Below are positions 7,757-17,145 of a stretch of 29,430 bases of DNA, in pieces. The stretch's first letter is position 1, and each line of letters begins with the position of its first letter. Source of the stretch: a virus (taxonomy: Duplodnaviria > Caudoviricetes); IMG/VR virus record IMGVR_UViG_3300032247_001094, positions 1 through 29,430 of that record; one strand, 5' to 3'. The notes under the pieces are model-generated. The model was given only the letters and a program-made list of their open reading frames with translations, ran no database searches and was not told where the DNA came from. The translations under genes were made by a program, and so were the position numbers.

Positions 7757-10060
7757 TTAAATTACACAAGAATCACAATCTTCTTGATTGTCGATTTCTG
7801 CCAATGGTTTTGCCTCTGCGGCTGTCATTTTGTCTACGTCAATTTCTCCTTGACCATCATTTGTATTGAAGTAGTAAAGTTGTTTGGTTCCGTATTTGTA
7901 GCACATGATCAAGTGCTGGAGCATCTCACTCATTGGAATCTTTTCATCTTCGTAAAACTTGGGATTATACGAAGTGTTGGTACTAATACCTTGATCAATA
8001 TATTTTTGCAATACTGCACATATTTTTAGATAGCCTTCTGGCGATTTTTGATCCCATAACAATTCGTATTTGTTTTTTAACTTGCGGTACTCGGGCACAA
8101 CCTGTTTTAATACACCATGTTTACTTTGTTTAATACTTACGTAGTTTCTAGGTGGCTCAATACCATTAGTGGCATTGCTTATTTGTGCGCTGGTCTCAGC
8201 TGGCATCAGGGCCATCAGGGTAGCGTTACGTATTCCTGTAGAAAGAATTTGTTCTCGCAACGCTCTCCATGGCATACGCTCTTGGTGGGGGACTAACTCA
8301 TCTACTTCTCGCTTACGAGTGTCGATTGGGAGCAATCCGTTGGCATACTTTAAATTTTGCCATGCAGTACACGGACCCTGTTCTTGTGCCAGATCCGCAG
8401 ACGCTTTGATTAAGTAGTAACTCCATGCCTCTGCGTATTCATCAACTAATGCCAATGCGGCTGGATCACTATAAGTTACACCATGCTTGGCCAAGAAGTA
8501 AGCAAAATTGATAATACCATTGCCCAATGGACGATATTCCATTGTTGATAGCTCTGCTGCCTTGACTGGGTAGTTTTGATAACTCAATAATGCATCAAGC
8601 CCACGAACACTTAGAGTACACATACGCTCAAAATCTCGGGGCTCTCGTACATTACCCCAATTTTGTGCGCTAAGAGTACATAATGCAATGCGACCATTTT
8701 CATCATTGATGTCGTTAAGTGGCACAGTGGGCAAATCAATCTCAGTACACAAATTACTCATTTTGATAGGAGCAATTTCTTCTTTAAAAGGACTATGTGT
8801 ATTTGCGTGATCCACATTCATTAGATAGATTCGTCCGGTATCCTTGCGTTCTTGCATGAACTTACCAAACAGTTCGGCCGCTGATATTGTTTTTTTACGC
8901 AGTTTTGTATTTCTTTCAGCACGTTCGTATAATTCTTTAAACAACACTTGATTGTTAAAGAAAGCTTCGTACATTTCAGGCAAGTCATGGGGACTAAACA
9001 GGGTGATATTGCCGCCTGCGATGAGTCTTTCGTACATTAACTTGTTGAATTGGACACCGTAATCCATCTGACGTACTCTGTTATCCTCTGTGCCTTTGTT
9101 GTTCTTTAATACCAACATATCTTCAATTTCAAGATGCCATAGAGGATAGTATGCAGTGGCTGCACCGTTACGTACACCACCTTGACTACAACTGCGAGTG
9201 GCGGCTTGAAATAGTTTTAAGAAAGGAGTAACTCCGGTATGATATGCGTCTCCGTTACGAATTGGACTGCCAAGTGCTCTAATTCCGCCAACACCAAGAC
9301 CAATTCCTGCTTTTTGACTCACATACTTTACAATGCTCGATGCAGTGGCATTAATACTATCTAAACTGTCAGCAGACTCAATAAGAACACAACTGCTGAA
9401 TTGTTTTTGTGGTGTTCGTACACCAGCCATAACCGGGGTAGGAAGAGAGATGTCAAAAGTGCTGATGGCGTCATAGTAATCTTTTACCCATTGCAATCTT
9501 GTTGATTTGGGATAGGCCATAAACAATGTGGCTGCAATCATCATGTATGCCACTTGAGGGGTTTCGAATAACTCACCAGTAACACGATTTTGCACCAGGT
9601 ACTTGCCGCGCCATTGTTCCATTGCCACGTATGTGAATGTTTCATCCCGATCGTGCTTGATATAAGAATCGAGCTGATTGATTTCCTCTTCGGTATAGTT
9701 TTCCAGTAACTCGTTGGTATAGTATCCAATGTTGGTGTTTCTTTTAACTAATTTAAGCAATGGCCAGGGACTATACTCTCCATAAACCTGTTTATGTATA
9801 TGGTATGTTAATAATCTTCCTGCTACGTATTGGTAATTTGGGGTTTCTTCACTAATTAAGTCAGCTGCACTTTTAATTAGAGTTTCTTGAATATCTGCAC
9901 TTTTAATTCCGTTATAGAATTGAATGTGACTCTTAATTTCTACTTCGCTTGCGCTTACTCCGGTGATTCCTTCTGTTGCCCAGAACACTACTCGATGTAA
10001 TTTTTCTAGATCTAGCGGCTCGTTACGTCCGTCTCTTTTTGTAACTTGTATTTGACTCAT
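7757..10060 (-). CDS. nrdA: Ribonucleotide reductase class Ia alpha subunit with ATP cone
   Basis: VTKRDG ATP cone, QFSSCVL, SQGGVR.G, SNLCTEI, KQLYY, C-terminal CDSC. Confidence 0.98.
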   Translation of the reverse strand: MSQIQVTKRDGRNEPLDLEKLHRVVFWATEGITGVSASEVEIKSHIQFYNGIKSADIQETLIKSAADLISEETPNYQYVAGRLLTYHIHKQVYGEYSPWPLLKLVKRNTNIGYYTNELLENYTEEEINQLDSYIKHDRDETFTYVAMEQWRGKYLVQNRVTGELFETPQVAYMMIAATLFMAYPKSTRLQWVKDYYDAISTFDISLPTPVMAGVRTPQKQFSSCVLIESADSLDSINATASSIVKYVSQKAGIGLGVGGIRALGSPIRNGDAYHTGVTPFLKLFQAATRSCSQGGVRNGAATAYYPLWHLEIEDMLVLKNNKGTEDNRVRQMDYGVQFNKLMYERLIAGGNITLFSPHDLPEMYEAFFNNQVLFKELYERAERNTKLRKKTISAAELFGKFMQERKDTGRIYLMNVDHANTHSPFKEEIAPIKMSNLCTEIDLPTVPLNDINDENGRIALCTLSAQNWGNVREPRDFERMCTLSVRGLDALLSYQNYPVKAAELSTMEYRPLGNGIINFAYFLAKHGVTYSDPAALALVDEYAEAWSYYLIKASADLAQEQGPCTAWQNLKYANGLLPIDTRKREVDELVPHQERMPWRALREQILSTGIRNATLMALMPAETSAQISNATNGIEPPRNYVSIKQSKHGVLKQVVPEYRKLKNKYELLWDQKSPEGYLKICAVLQKYIDQGISTNTSYNPKFYEDEKIPMSEMLQHLIMCYKYGTKQLYYFNTNDGQGEIDVDKMTAAEAKPLAEIDNQEDCDSCVI

Positions 10061-10069
10061 TGATTCCTC

Positions 10070-10507
10070 TTAATAACTATTCAATTTTAGTTCTTCTTTG
10101 TACTTGACTTTTAACTTTAGATTAGCGGTAAGTGTTTTATTTACAACCTCACCTTCAATCAAATTAATAACATATTTCCCATTACTGATCCAGACTAAAT
10201 TGTAGCTGTGGTTAGTGCTCGGATCATTATATACACGTATTTCTATTTCTGGATCGTGTTTAGTGAACTTGATAGTATACAGCATACCAAGTGCTTTTGC
10301 AATGTCGCAGTAGTAATTTTCTTCCAGTAAAGTCCACGGATCCGGCCATTCGTCTGGTTTATTGGGATCGAGATAGTAAGGTGCAAACGGGCATCCGTGC
10401 CAGAAGGATACCGTAGCATCAAGTGCTTGTTCCATTGGAAGAAGGTCTAACGATTTTCGAAATTCACGCCAACGAGACAAACGCTCGCTGGCCGATAGTT
10501 TAAACAT
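10070..10507 (-). CDS. Hypothetical protein, transglutaminase-like (BTLCP/C93-like) fold suspected
   Basis: DEWPDPWTLLEENYYCDIAKALGMLYTI resembles DYWxTPxExL...DCEDxA; TAATG-coupled to the tail spike gene. Confidence 0.45.
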   Translation of the reverse strand: MFKLSASERLSRWREFRKSLDLLPMEQALDATVSFWHGCPFAPYYLDPNKPDEWPDPWTLLEENYYCDIAKALGMLYTIKFTKHDPEIEIRVYNDPSTNHSYNLVWISNGKYVINLIEGEVVNKTLTANLKLKVKYKEELKLNSY

Positions 10508-12066
10508 TAGTTGAAAAAGTTGAGATTGTATCTAAAAAATGCCGCTGAACCGGTACTGCTGGTTGTGTAAGTTATAGTGTTGCTAGACATACCCAGGGTC
10601 ACACCAATATCTGTTGCTGACCCAATTGACGTATCAACATAGTATGGAGTAACTCCGTCTAATGCGTATTGGAATGTTCCTTGCGCTCGATTAGACCCTC
10701 TGAGAATAGAATAACTAATACTTCCAGAATTGGGAAGTATGCCTGGTACACTAATCAAAGCTGGTGAAGATTGATTATCCAATAGAGTAATGTTGCCTCC
10801 GGTGCCAGTTACGCTAGTACCAAGTGTGAGACCAAGATTTGCTTCAAGATACGCTGTTCTACTACTAACTGGACCCACACGAAGAGCAATGACTCTGCCA
10901 TTGTAATTGTCACCAATGCTGTAATTTCCGTTGTCTACATAATTAATTGTAGAGTTAACATTTGACACACCATTGGTATAATTACTACCAACGTCATTAA
11001 AGAAGTTACCACTACTATAAATACCCTGAACACCTGCATATGTATCAATGGCACGGTCCGCTACTTTGTCAAACAGCGTATTAGTAATTCTATATGCGCC
11101 GGGAAATCCCGAACTACTATTCTCACCTAGTTTAATACCTTTATACACGCTAGTTATATAACAATCAGTTAGGCGAATACTCTTACCAGCCTCATCACTT
11201 AACAAGGCATATCTTGAATTAATAAATTTACATTTATTAAAATTTATGTTATTTGTAAGTGTTGCAAATGATTTAATTCTAACTGCGGTATACGCTTGAG
11301 AGCCAGCGGTTGTTGGATTAACTAAACTGCCTTTAAAAGTTACAGCTTCAAAATAAACGTTGTTTGCACTATCAATATTGGCCACATCTTTGTCGGCGGT
11401 GTTTTCAAACATCATATTTGAAATATTGATATCAATTGGTAACACTGCACTATTATTGCCTAGATAGGATCCGGTCTGGAATAAAGAATCTGTTAATGTC
11501 AATACTGATGATTGTGATGAATCAGTTTGTTTAATTACCGAATTAGAAATACCATCGCCAACTAGTCTTGCATAAGGCGGAATTAAAATTGATGCTCCGG
11601 AAATAATATATGTACCAGCCGGAAAATATATAGTTCTACGTACCCAGGTATTGGTATTGGTTACATTAGATATGTGTTGATATATTTCTCTAATGGCTCG
11701 ATTAATGGCAACCGTATCATCAGTGACGCCGTCACCCTTTGCACCAAAATCTTTAACACTAACAAAATCATCTAGTTTATCTTGATAGCTGCGATTGGAC
11801 GGAGTTAACAGAGTGGTACCAGTTAATGCAGTGTATCCGCCAGCATTACCTTTGAATACATAATTCTTTAATACTGCAGCAAAATCAGTATACTGTGTTA
11901 ATACTTCAGTGACTCCTTCTGCAGGAGCTCCTTCTTCAATGGTACCGTTACCAATAAAAAGTCTGCGCTGGTCCACACTCCAACCCAATTCTGCGCTTGA
12001 AAGTTGTGGTAAATCTTGTTGTAACCCTCTACGGGCTTGAATTTTACTAATCTGTACGACAGCCAT
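10507..12066 (-). CDS. Tail fibre/spike: Mtd-N-like attachment segment plus pectate-lyase-like beta-helix
   Basis: IQARRG...L..AELGW..D.RRLFIGNG; VSVKDFGAKGDGVTDDTVAINRAI; IYFPAGTY; GAGGA RBS. Confidence 0.85.
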   Translation of the reverse strand: MAVVQISKIQARRGLQQDLPQLSSAELGWSVDQRRLFIGNGTIEEGAPAEGVTEVLTQYTDFAAVLKNYVFKGNAGGYTALTGTTLLTPSNRSYQDKLDDFVSVKDFGAKGDGVTDDTVAINRAIREIYQHISNVTNTNTWVRRTIYFPAGTYIISGASILIPPYARLVGDGISNSVIKQTDSSQSSVLTLTDSLFQTGSYLGNNSAVLPIDINISNMMFENTADKDVANIDSANNVYFEAVTFKGSLVNPTTAGSQAYTAVRIKSFATLTNNINFNKCKFINSRYALLSDEAGKSIRLTDCYITSVYKGIKLGENSSSGFPGAYRITNTLFDKVADRAIDTYAGVQGIYSSGNFFNDVGSNYTNGVSNVNSTINYVDNGNYSIGDNYNGRVIALRVGPVSSRTAYLEANLGLTLGTSVTGTGGNITLLDNQSSPALISVPGILPNSGSISYSILRGSNRAQGTFQYALDGVTPYYVDTSIGSATDIGVTLGMSSNTITYTTSSTGSAAFFRYNLNFFN

Positions 12067-12091
12067 GTGCCTATCCTCTAAACTTATTGTA

Positions 12092-12097
12092 TATTTA
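12092..12097 (-). promoter_or_regulatory. Late-type promoter motif TAAATA
   Basis: Overlaps the exonuclease TAA stop, upstream of the tail spike RBS. Confidence 0.6.
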
Positions 12098-12805
12098 GTT
12101 AGTTAGATAGTAGAGCTCAACACGTTTCATCCATTCGTCAGTCCAGTGTCGAAACTCGTCTCCTTCAACAACAAATTCTAAGTATTCTGGTGTCGAATAT
12201 GTGTTATCTGGCTGTAATTTGGGCTGAACTGCCATCAAAATTACACCTGAGTTAATGTCAGTACCATGTGTATCATTGTGTGCAGCAGCATAGGCTGCAA
12301 GCTGAATAAAATAGTCGCCAATATATTCACGCTTCTTGGGTTTGTTACTTTGTTTAAAGTCCAGAATAGCAGGCTTTCCTTTCCATACTCCCACACAGTC
12401 TGTTGTTCCTGCATAAAGTCCACTATAATAAACCGGTACTTCACTACCCCAAAATTCATCTACGTGACATAGACCTTTCAGTATAACTTCTGCGGCCATG
12501 AACCAACTTGGATGTGCAAACGGGTTTGTGGGCAATGGTTTCATTTCGTCAGTTAAAACAAACGACTCAAGATAACTGTGCATACGTGTACCACGATTTG
12601 CAGCCTCTGTGGTTATTTGTTGTGCTTTTTGTTCGCCTACATTTTTCCTCCACTGAGCCAGAGCAGCACGGGCTTCTTCGGGTTTGGTTCGATCTAAGAT
12701 AGTAGTAACACTTGGCACTGCACTCCCATCTGGTAAACAATAATGTCTTTTACCATCAACTGTGGTTCTGCTAATCGGAGTGTAGTTATATTTTTGTAGA
12801 ATCAT
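12095..12805 (-). CDS. PD-(D/E)XK exonuclease (MGME1/RecB-like family)
   Basis: PSVTTIL, RGTRMH, E...YAGTTD, DFKQS, QLAAYA motifs. Start placed at ATG 12805 (MILQKYNY) downstream of the promoter. Confidence 0.88.
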   Translation of the reverse strand: MILQKYNYTPISRTTVDGKRHYCLPDGSAVPSVTTILDRTKPEEARAALAQWRKNVGEQKAQQITTEAANRGTRMHSYLESFVLTDEMKPLPTNPFAHPSWFMAAEVILKGLCHVDEFWGSEVPVYYSGLYAGTTDCVGVWKGKPAILDFKQSNKPKKREYIGDYFIQLAAYAAAHNDTHGTDINSGVILMAVQPKLQPDNTYSTPEYLEFVVEGDEFRHWTDEWMKRVELYYLTN

Positions 12806-12812
12806 ATAGTTA

Positions 12813-12841
12813 ATTATATAGTTTACTACAGGAATAGTCAA
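12813..12841 (-). promoter_or_regulatory. Sigma70 promoter of the exonuclease
   Basis: TTGACT-N17-TATAAT, 7 nt before the ATG. Confidence 0.85.
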
Positions 12842-12847
12842 TAAATA
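12842..12847 (+). promoter_or_regulatory. Late-type promoter motif TAAATA
   Basis: TAAATA-N5-ATG(12853); no Shine-Dalgarno. Confidence 0.6.
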
Positions 12848-12852
12848 TTTCA

Positions 12853-13605
12853 ATGAATATACTCATATCTGGGTGCAGTTTTACACATTGGCGCAATTAT
12901 CCTGGCGGTCCAAATACTTGCTGGCCACAATACTTAAGTGATCTTGAACCAACATGGAACATCAAAAATATAGGAGAAGCAGGCGCCGGTAACCAATATA
13001 TATCCGATGGAGTTATGCGCCACATAATTGAAAATCCCGATATACAATATGACCAAGTGTTAATAATGTGGAGTGGAGTGAGCAGGCTTGATTACCTCAC
13101 TGGGCTCGAAGATCCATCATGGAGTCAGTTATTTGATAGTTATGGTTTCTATCACAGAGTTGACAGTTGCCCAGACAAATTGGGTTATATCTTTAGCGGC
13201 GGGCAAATGGGAACATGGTTTGCAAATCCAGTGGCTAAAAATATGTTTAGAGAAATGTACAAGGTAGCAAGTCCACTAAGTCTTGCCACTATTAATGTAA
13301 TGGAGATGCTAAAATTACAGGCGTTCTTTAAGAGCAAGAATATCAAATACAAGTTCATGAGTTACATAAACTACTGGGGTCACGGAGATAACTTGTCCCG
13401 GAACGGCGACTTTGGACTAAGTGATTATCCAGAAGTAACACGTTTGTTGAACGACATGGATTGGGAGAATTGGTTATTCACTGATGGTCGAAATGGCATT
13501 TATGAAATGGCCGTTGCCAATGATAATCTACAGGTAGATAGATTTCATCCCGCGGAAGCCACACAACGGGCATGGGCCGAGTTTGTTAGAAAATCTTTAG
13601 ACTAA
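12853..13605 (+). CDS. SGNH/GDSL-like hydrolase or acyltransferase
   Basis: Block I ILISGCSFT, block II NIGEAGAGN, block V DRFHP. Confidence 0.75.
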   Translation: MNILISGCSFTHWRNYPGGPNTCWPQYLSDLEPTWNIKNIGEAGAGNQYISDGVMRHIIENPDIQYDQVLIMWSGVSRLDYLTGLEDPSWSQLFDSYGFYHRVDSCPDKLGYIFSGGQMGTWFANPVAKNMFREMYKVASPLSLATINVMEMLKLQAFFKSKNIKYKFMSYINYWGHGDNLSRNGDFGLSDYPEVTRLLNDMDWENWLFTDGRNGIYEMAVANDNLQVDRFHPAEATQRAWAEFVRKSLD

Positions 13606-14191
13606 TATGAAATAAGTAGGCATATCGGTCTACATTACTTTTATTGTATCCTTCGTGCCATGTATTATGTAAAGTAGCATTTAGCCAACCGTGTTCAAAC
13701 TTGCTATTACTTTCCCAATACTTTTCCGTATCTTTATCTGTTCTGTAAAAAAATGTACGGTGTTCCGGAACATCCTCTGGACCAAACATTAACATACCTG
13801 TACAAATTAAACTACGGGTATCAACATGACGCGGACATGAGAACCCCGGCAGGTCCTTTACAAACAACCCCCCAGTAACAGTGATGCGAGACATATCTTC
13901 GGGGGTTATACTCCAATATGAATATATTTGATTTTTATACAATAAATCTAATACACTTTGTTTAATTTCGGGACTATGCAAATATTCTTGTATAGAAAAT
14001 AGACAAGGTGATGTTGGCTGTTGTCTCATTTCCAGTCTATTGGGCATTGCACATTGATGTGCTGTGGTCCAGTCAAGTGAGATTAATTCATTATATACTT
14101 GTTGTTGTGTATATCCAGTATCTAAATGTAATTCCCAAGTTAGTGGATCGTGGTTAACATCTCGATGTATAGGAGTTGTACTAATTCTCAT
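13586..14191 (-). CDS. 2OG-Fe(II) oxygenase superfamily protein
   Basis: HVD (HxD) ... WHEG ... DRYAY (distal His and Arg). Confidence 0.75.
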   Translation of the reverse strand: MRISTTPIHRDVNHDPLTWELHLDTGYTQQQVYNELISLDWTTAHQCAMPNRLEMRQQPTSPCLFSIQEYLHSPEIKQSVLDLLYKNQIYSYWSITPEDMSRITVTGGLFVKDLPGFSCPRHVDTRSLICTGMLMFGPEDVPEHRTFFYRTDKDTEKYWESNSKFEHGWLNATLHNTWHEGYNKSNVDRYAYLFHISLKIF

Positions 14192-15266
14192 TAATTACTT
14201 TCGTAATTTGATCTGCACTATATTTTGTCCAGTCTCGGGTCATAATAAGATTATGATTGTATTCTAAAATATCATGTATTTTTTCAAGCACGGGCTCAAT
14301 TGGTTGCGAACAGAGCAGTTGAACTTGTTTAAATGCGGCTGTGTATCTCTCATTATCATTAATTATTTGATCATAACTTTCGTCAATTACACAATCAAAC
14401 GTTTTAAATCCAATTCGATGTAAGTTAGCAAGAAACTTGTATCCAGTAAATGCCACAAACAAACGTCTGGCAATAAATGGTTTAGCTGTTTTTTCACTAA
14501 AGAAACTTAGTGTATTATCATGATCTGTTTCTGCAATAATACTATACGCAGTTTCGTTATATACCTGTAATGGCATAATACGACTTAGACTGGTTAATAT
14601 TCCGTAGTACTTGCACCAACCAGCAGTGCCCGGCTCTTGTTCTATAATTTCTGTGCCGGGTTCATATATAAAATAATCCTTGGCATAGAATACATCATCA
14701 TTCCATGCGCCGCCGTAAGTCATTACAAATTTATCTTCTAATGCGTTACTGTTTACTCCGTTGGCCACAAAGTCTCTATGTGGTTTAGGACTACCTAGTA
14801 ATGCATCAAAATATTTAGGTTTACTATTATATGGTTGTAACTCTGCTAGTTTGTTGGGAAGTTCTTTATATGTTGCAGATGTTGTCTTAAACCAGTCGCC
14901 CCAAAATATGATATTTTTGTTAATATCTTCTCGATCATTCACGTACCCCGGGACCGCCCAGTATACGTTATTGTGGTGGCATTTATTCCAAATATTCCAA
15001 TGAAAGTTATGTAACTCACTTTCAAATGTAAAAACATATTTGCTAACTGCACTTAATTGATTTATTTTATCTTCAAATCCCACATACGCAGTCGAGTTGC
15101 CGCCATAGTCTACATGCAACCTATGAGTAGTAAATGCTATTTTTGTTTCCGTTATACTTGAGATGTATTCTTCAAAATCGTGACATATAGATATATCATC
15201 AGCAAACTTAATATTTGGTATCCACTGTTGATCAATAATTTCACTATCACTGTATACTAATATCAT
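14181..15266 (-). CDS. Glycosyltransferase-like protein (GT-B, GT10 fucosyltransferase-like motif)
   Basis: YSIIAET...FFSEKTAKP resembles the GT10 motif F.L.FEN...Y.TEK; GFKTF..IDESYD. Confidence 0.6.
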   Translation of the reverse strand: MILVYSDSEIIDQQWIPNIKFADDISICHDFEEYISSITETKIAFTTHRLHVDYGGNSTAYVGFEDKINQLSAVSKYVFTFESELHNFHWNIWNKCHHNNVYWAVPGYVNDREDINKNIIFWGDWFKTTSATYKELPNKLAELQPYNSKPKYFDALLGSPKPHRDFVANGVNSNALEDKFVMTYGGAWNDDVFYAKDYFIYEPGTEIIEQEPGTAGWCKYYGILTSLSRIMPLQVYNETAYSIIAETDHDNTLSFFSEKTAKPFIARRLFVAFTGYKFLANLHRIGFKTFDCVIDESYDQIINDNERYTAAFKQVQLLCSQPIEPVLEKIHDILEYNHNLIMTRDWTKYSADQITKVINEN

Positions 15267-15586
15267 ACTCTAAAACTTTCTCCACATCCGCAACGATCAC
15301 GTTCGTTGGGATTTAAAAATTTAAATCCTTCATTGAGGCCTTCCCTGGCATAGTCTACGGTCATGCCCACCATATATGCTTCGTGTCGTTTGTCCACAAG
15401 TACCACAAAAGTATCCTGTGCATAATTGATAGTGGATTCATCTGAAGTATATTCAGTAACATATTCTAACACATATGCAAGTCCACTACACCCGGTGGTT
15501 TTTACCCCAAGACGAATACCGGCGTACCCTTTGGTTTTTAATAATTTTTCTATTTTACTTTTGGCAACATTAGTTAACGAGATCAT
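15263..15586 (-). CDS. iscA: A-type Fe-S cluster carrier IscA
   Basis: RLGVKTTGCSGLAY, F.NPN...CGCGESF. Confidence 0.95.
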   Translation of the reverse strand: MISLTNVAKSKIEKLLKTKGYAGIRLGVKTTGCSGLAYVLEYVTEYTSDESTINYAQDTFVVLVDKRHEAYMVGMTVDYAREGLNEGFKFLNPNERDRCGCGESFRV

Positions 15587-15956
15587 GTTTCTTTCGATAA
15601 TCTGCTACCGCCGCCTTTATAGCATCTTCTGCCAGTATACTGCAATGTATCTTAACTGGTGGCAATGCTAATTCTTCTGCTATTTCACTATTTTTGAGTT
15701 GCTCTGCTTCTTGCAGACTTTTTCCCTTAACCCATTCAGTAACCAGGCTACTACTCGCAATAGCAGACCCGCAGCCATAAGTCTTAAACCGTGCGTCTGT
15801 AATAATGCCATCTGTAACCTTTATTTGCAACTTCATCACATCGCCACAAGCAGGTGCTCCCACCATACCAGTGCCGACATCTGAGTCGTCTTTCGCAAAA
15901 GAACCCACATTGCGTGGGTTCTCATAATGATCTATAACTTTATCCGAATATGCCAT
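15570..15956 (-). CDS. iscU: Fe-S cluster scaffold IscU
   Basis: MAYSDKVIDHYENPRNVG, APACGDVM, GCGSAIASSS, LPPVKIHCS. Confidence 0.98.
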   Translation of the reverse strand: MAYSDKVIDHYENPRNVGSFAKDDSDVGTGMVGAPACGDVMKLQIKVTDGIITDARFKTYGCGSAIASSSLVTEWVKGKSLQEAEQLKNSEIAEELALPPVKIHCSILAEDAIKAAVADYRKKHDLVN

Positions 15957-15976
15957 AAAATTTCCTTATTAAGGAT

Positions 15977-16005
15977 AGTATAGCAGAATTAACTACGGTT
16001 GCCTA
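15977..16005 (-). promoter_or_regulatory. Sigma70-like extended -10 promoter of iscU
   Basis: TAGGCA-N17-TATACT with TGn immediately before the -10. Confidence 0.65.
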
Positions 16006-16414
16006 GTGCTCTGCTTGCCATACCACTTACTGTTTTTTCTGGAGCAGTTTTTCCAACTGTGTCACCATTGCCCGGTTCTTCGGTGTCACTGAACTCATCG
16101 TCACTAAACGGAGTTAAGTAAACATACTTTTCGCCATTTTCGTCATCTTTAATGTCGGCAACTAAATTCTTAACTGCCTCATTACTTTTACGTGCTGATT
16201 CTAAAGCATCAACGTTAAACATTTCACCACCAGGTAAACGTCTAACTAGATTAACAAGACTTATTACACGTATGCGCGGCACTGCATGTCCGTGTGCGCG
16301 ATTGCGTAATTCTTCTAAGGCCGTAACCAATACACTGTCACCGCGAATTTCGGCTTCATCCTCAATTATTCCGCTAAGGCCGCTATCCTCTTTAACAATC
16401 TCATGAAATCTCAT
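15989..16414 (-). CDS. Hypothetical protein with MRFHEIVKED leader (probable head protein)
   Basis: 141 aa, TAATG-coupled to the upstream gene. Confidence 0.7.
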   Translation of the reverse strand: MRFHEIVKEDSGLSGIIEDEAEIRGDSVLVTALEELRNRAHGHAVPRIRVISLVNLVRRLPGGEMFNVDALESARKSNEAVKNLVADIKDDENGEKYVYLTPFSDDEFSDTEEPGNGDTVGKTAPEKTVSGMASRALGNRS

Positions 16415-17145
16415 TAGTTTCTAACTCTACGACGATTACGAATTCTGCTTTCAGCCATGCCACGACGTTCACGTCCCAGTTCTTCGCCACCACCTGCTGC
16501 CGCGTCAACTGCACCAAAATCGCCACCGGCGTCTAGATCACTCATTTCACCACCGGTGCCAAGTTCGGGACCTAAATCGGGTGCGCCACCCATGCCCATG
16601 CCCATTGGTTGTTCAACTTGTTCTCCGGCCAAGCTACGTGCAGCGTTATCTGCTGTCTCACGGCCTTGTTGTAAAGTACCTGCTAAATCTTGTAATAGTG
16701 GTGCAACTGAATTCTTAAATCCATCTGCTTGTTCCATGCCAAGTTGATCACGGATTGTGTCTAGCAATGCAGGCAATTGCTCGTTTTGCATTTTACCAAT
16801 CTTTTCCAACATGTCTTGAATTGAATCAACCATGTCCTTGGCTGCTAGAATAGCTTCACTTTTTGCCATTTCGCTTTCAGCAATGAACTGTGATTTATTG
16901 TCACGCATCCAGCTGTGTAGGCTTTCGCGAACCATAAGCATTTCCATATACTTGGGATTACGTTCAGCTAGGTGTACACCATGGCTGTTTTTAATTTTAC
17001 CCAGGGCTTCATTAATGGATTTGGCCATTACATACGCTTTTTTTAGAGTTAAACTATCATAATCAACGGCAAAACCGAATCGGCTTTCCATGACTTTGTT
17101 CATTTGTTTAGCTGTTGGCTTTGTGCCCATATCTTGTAATCTCAT
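16414..17145 (-). CDS. Helical probable prohead core/scaffold-like protein
   Basis: ATGA overlap gives start 17145 (MRLQDM). VMES, INEA, VRES, FIAES, MAES motifs; TAAATA at 17173-17178. Confidence 0.55.
   Translation of the reverse strand: MRLQDMGTKPTAKQMNKVMESRFGFAVDYDSLTLKKAYVMAKSINEALGKIKNSHGVHLAERNPKYMEMLMVRESLHSWMRDNKSQFIAESEMAKSEAILAAKDMVDSIQDMLEKIGKMQNEQLPALLDTIRDQLGMEQADGFKNSVAPLLQDLAGTLQQGRETADNAARSLAGEQVEQPMGMGMGGAPDLGPELGTGGEMSDLDAGGDFGAVDAAAGGGEELGRERRGMAESRIRNRRRVRN

Noticed and set aside
6616-10060. Introns, inteins or homing endonucleases in nrdA/nrdB
   Set aside because: Both genes are uninterrupted and of normal length, with a 13-bp gap between them
10138-10143. TAAATA inside the gene upstream of nrdA as an nrdA promoter
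   Set aside because: Intragenic, about 80 nt from the start, and indistinguishable from a chance occurrence
15263-15956. iscU/iscA as evidence of a bacterial chromosome or host contamination
   Set aside because: They overlap or abut phage-type genes, share their composition and lack the rest of the isc operon
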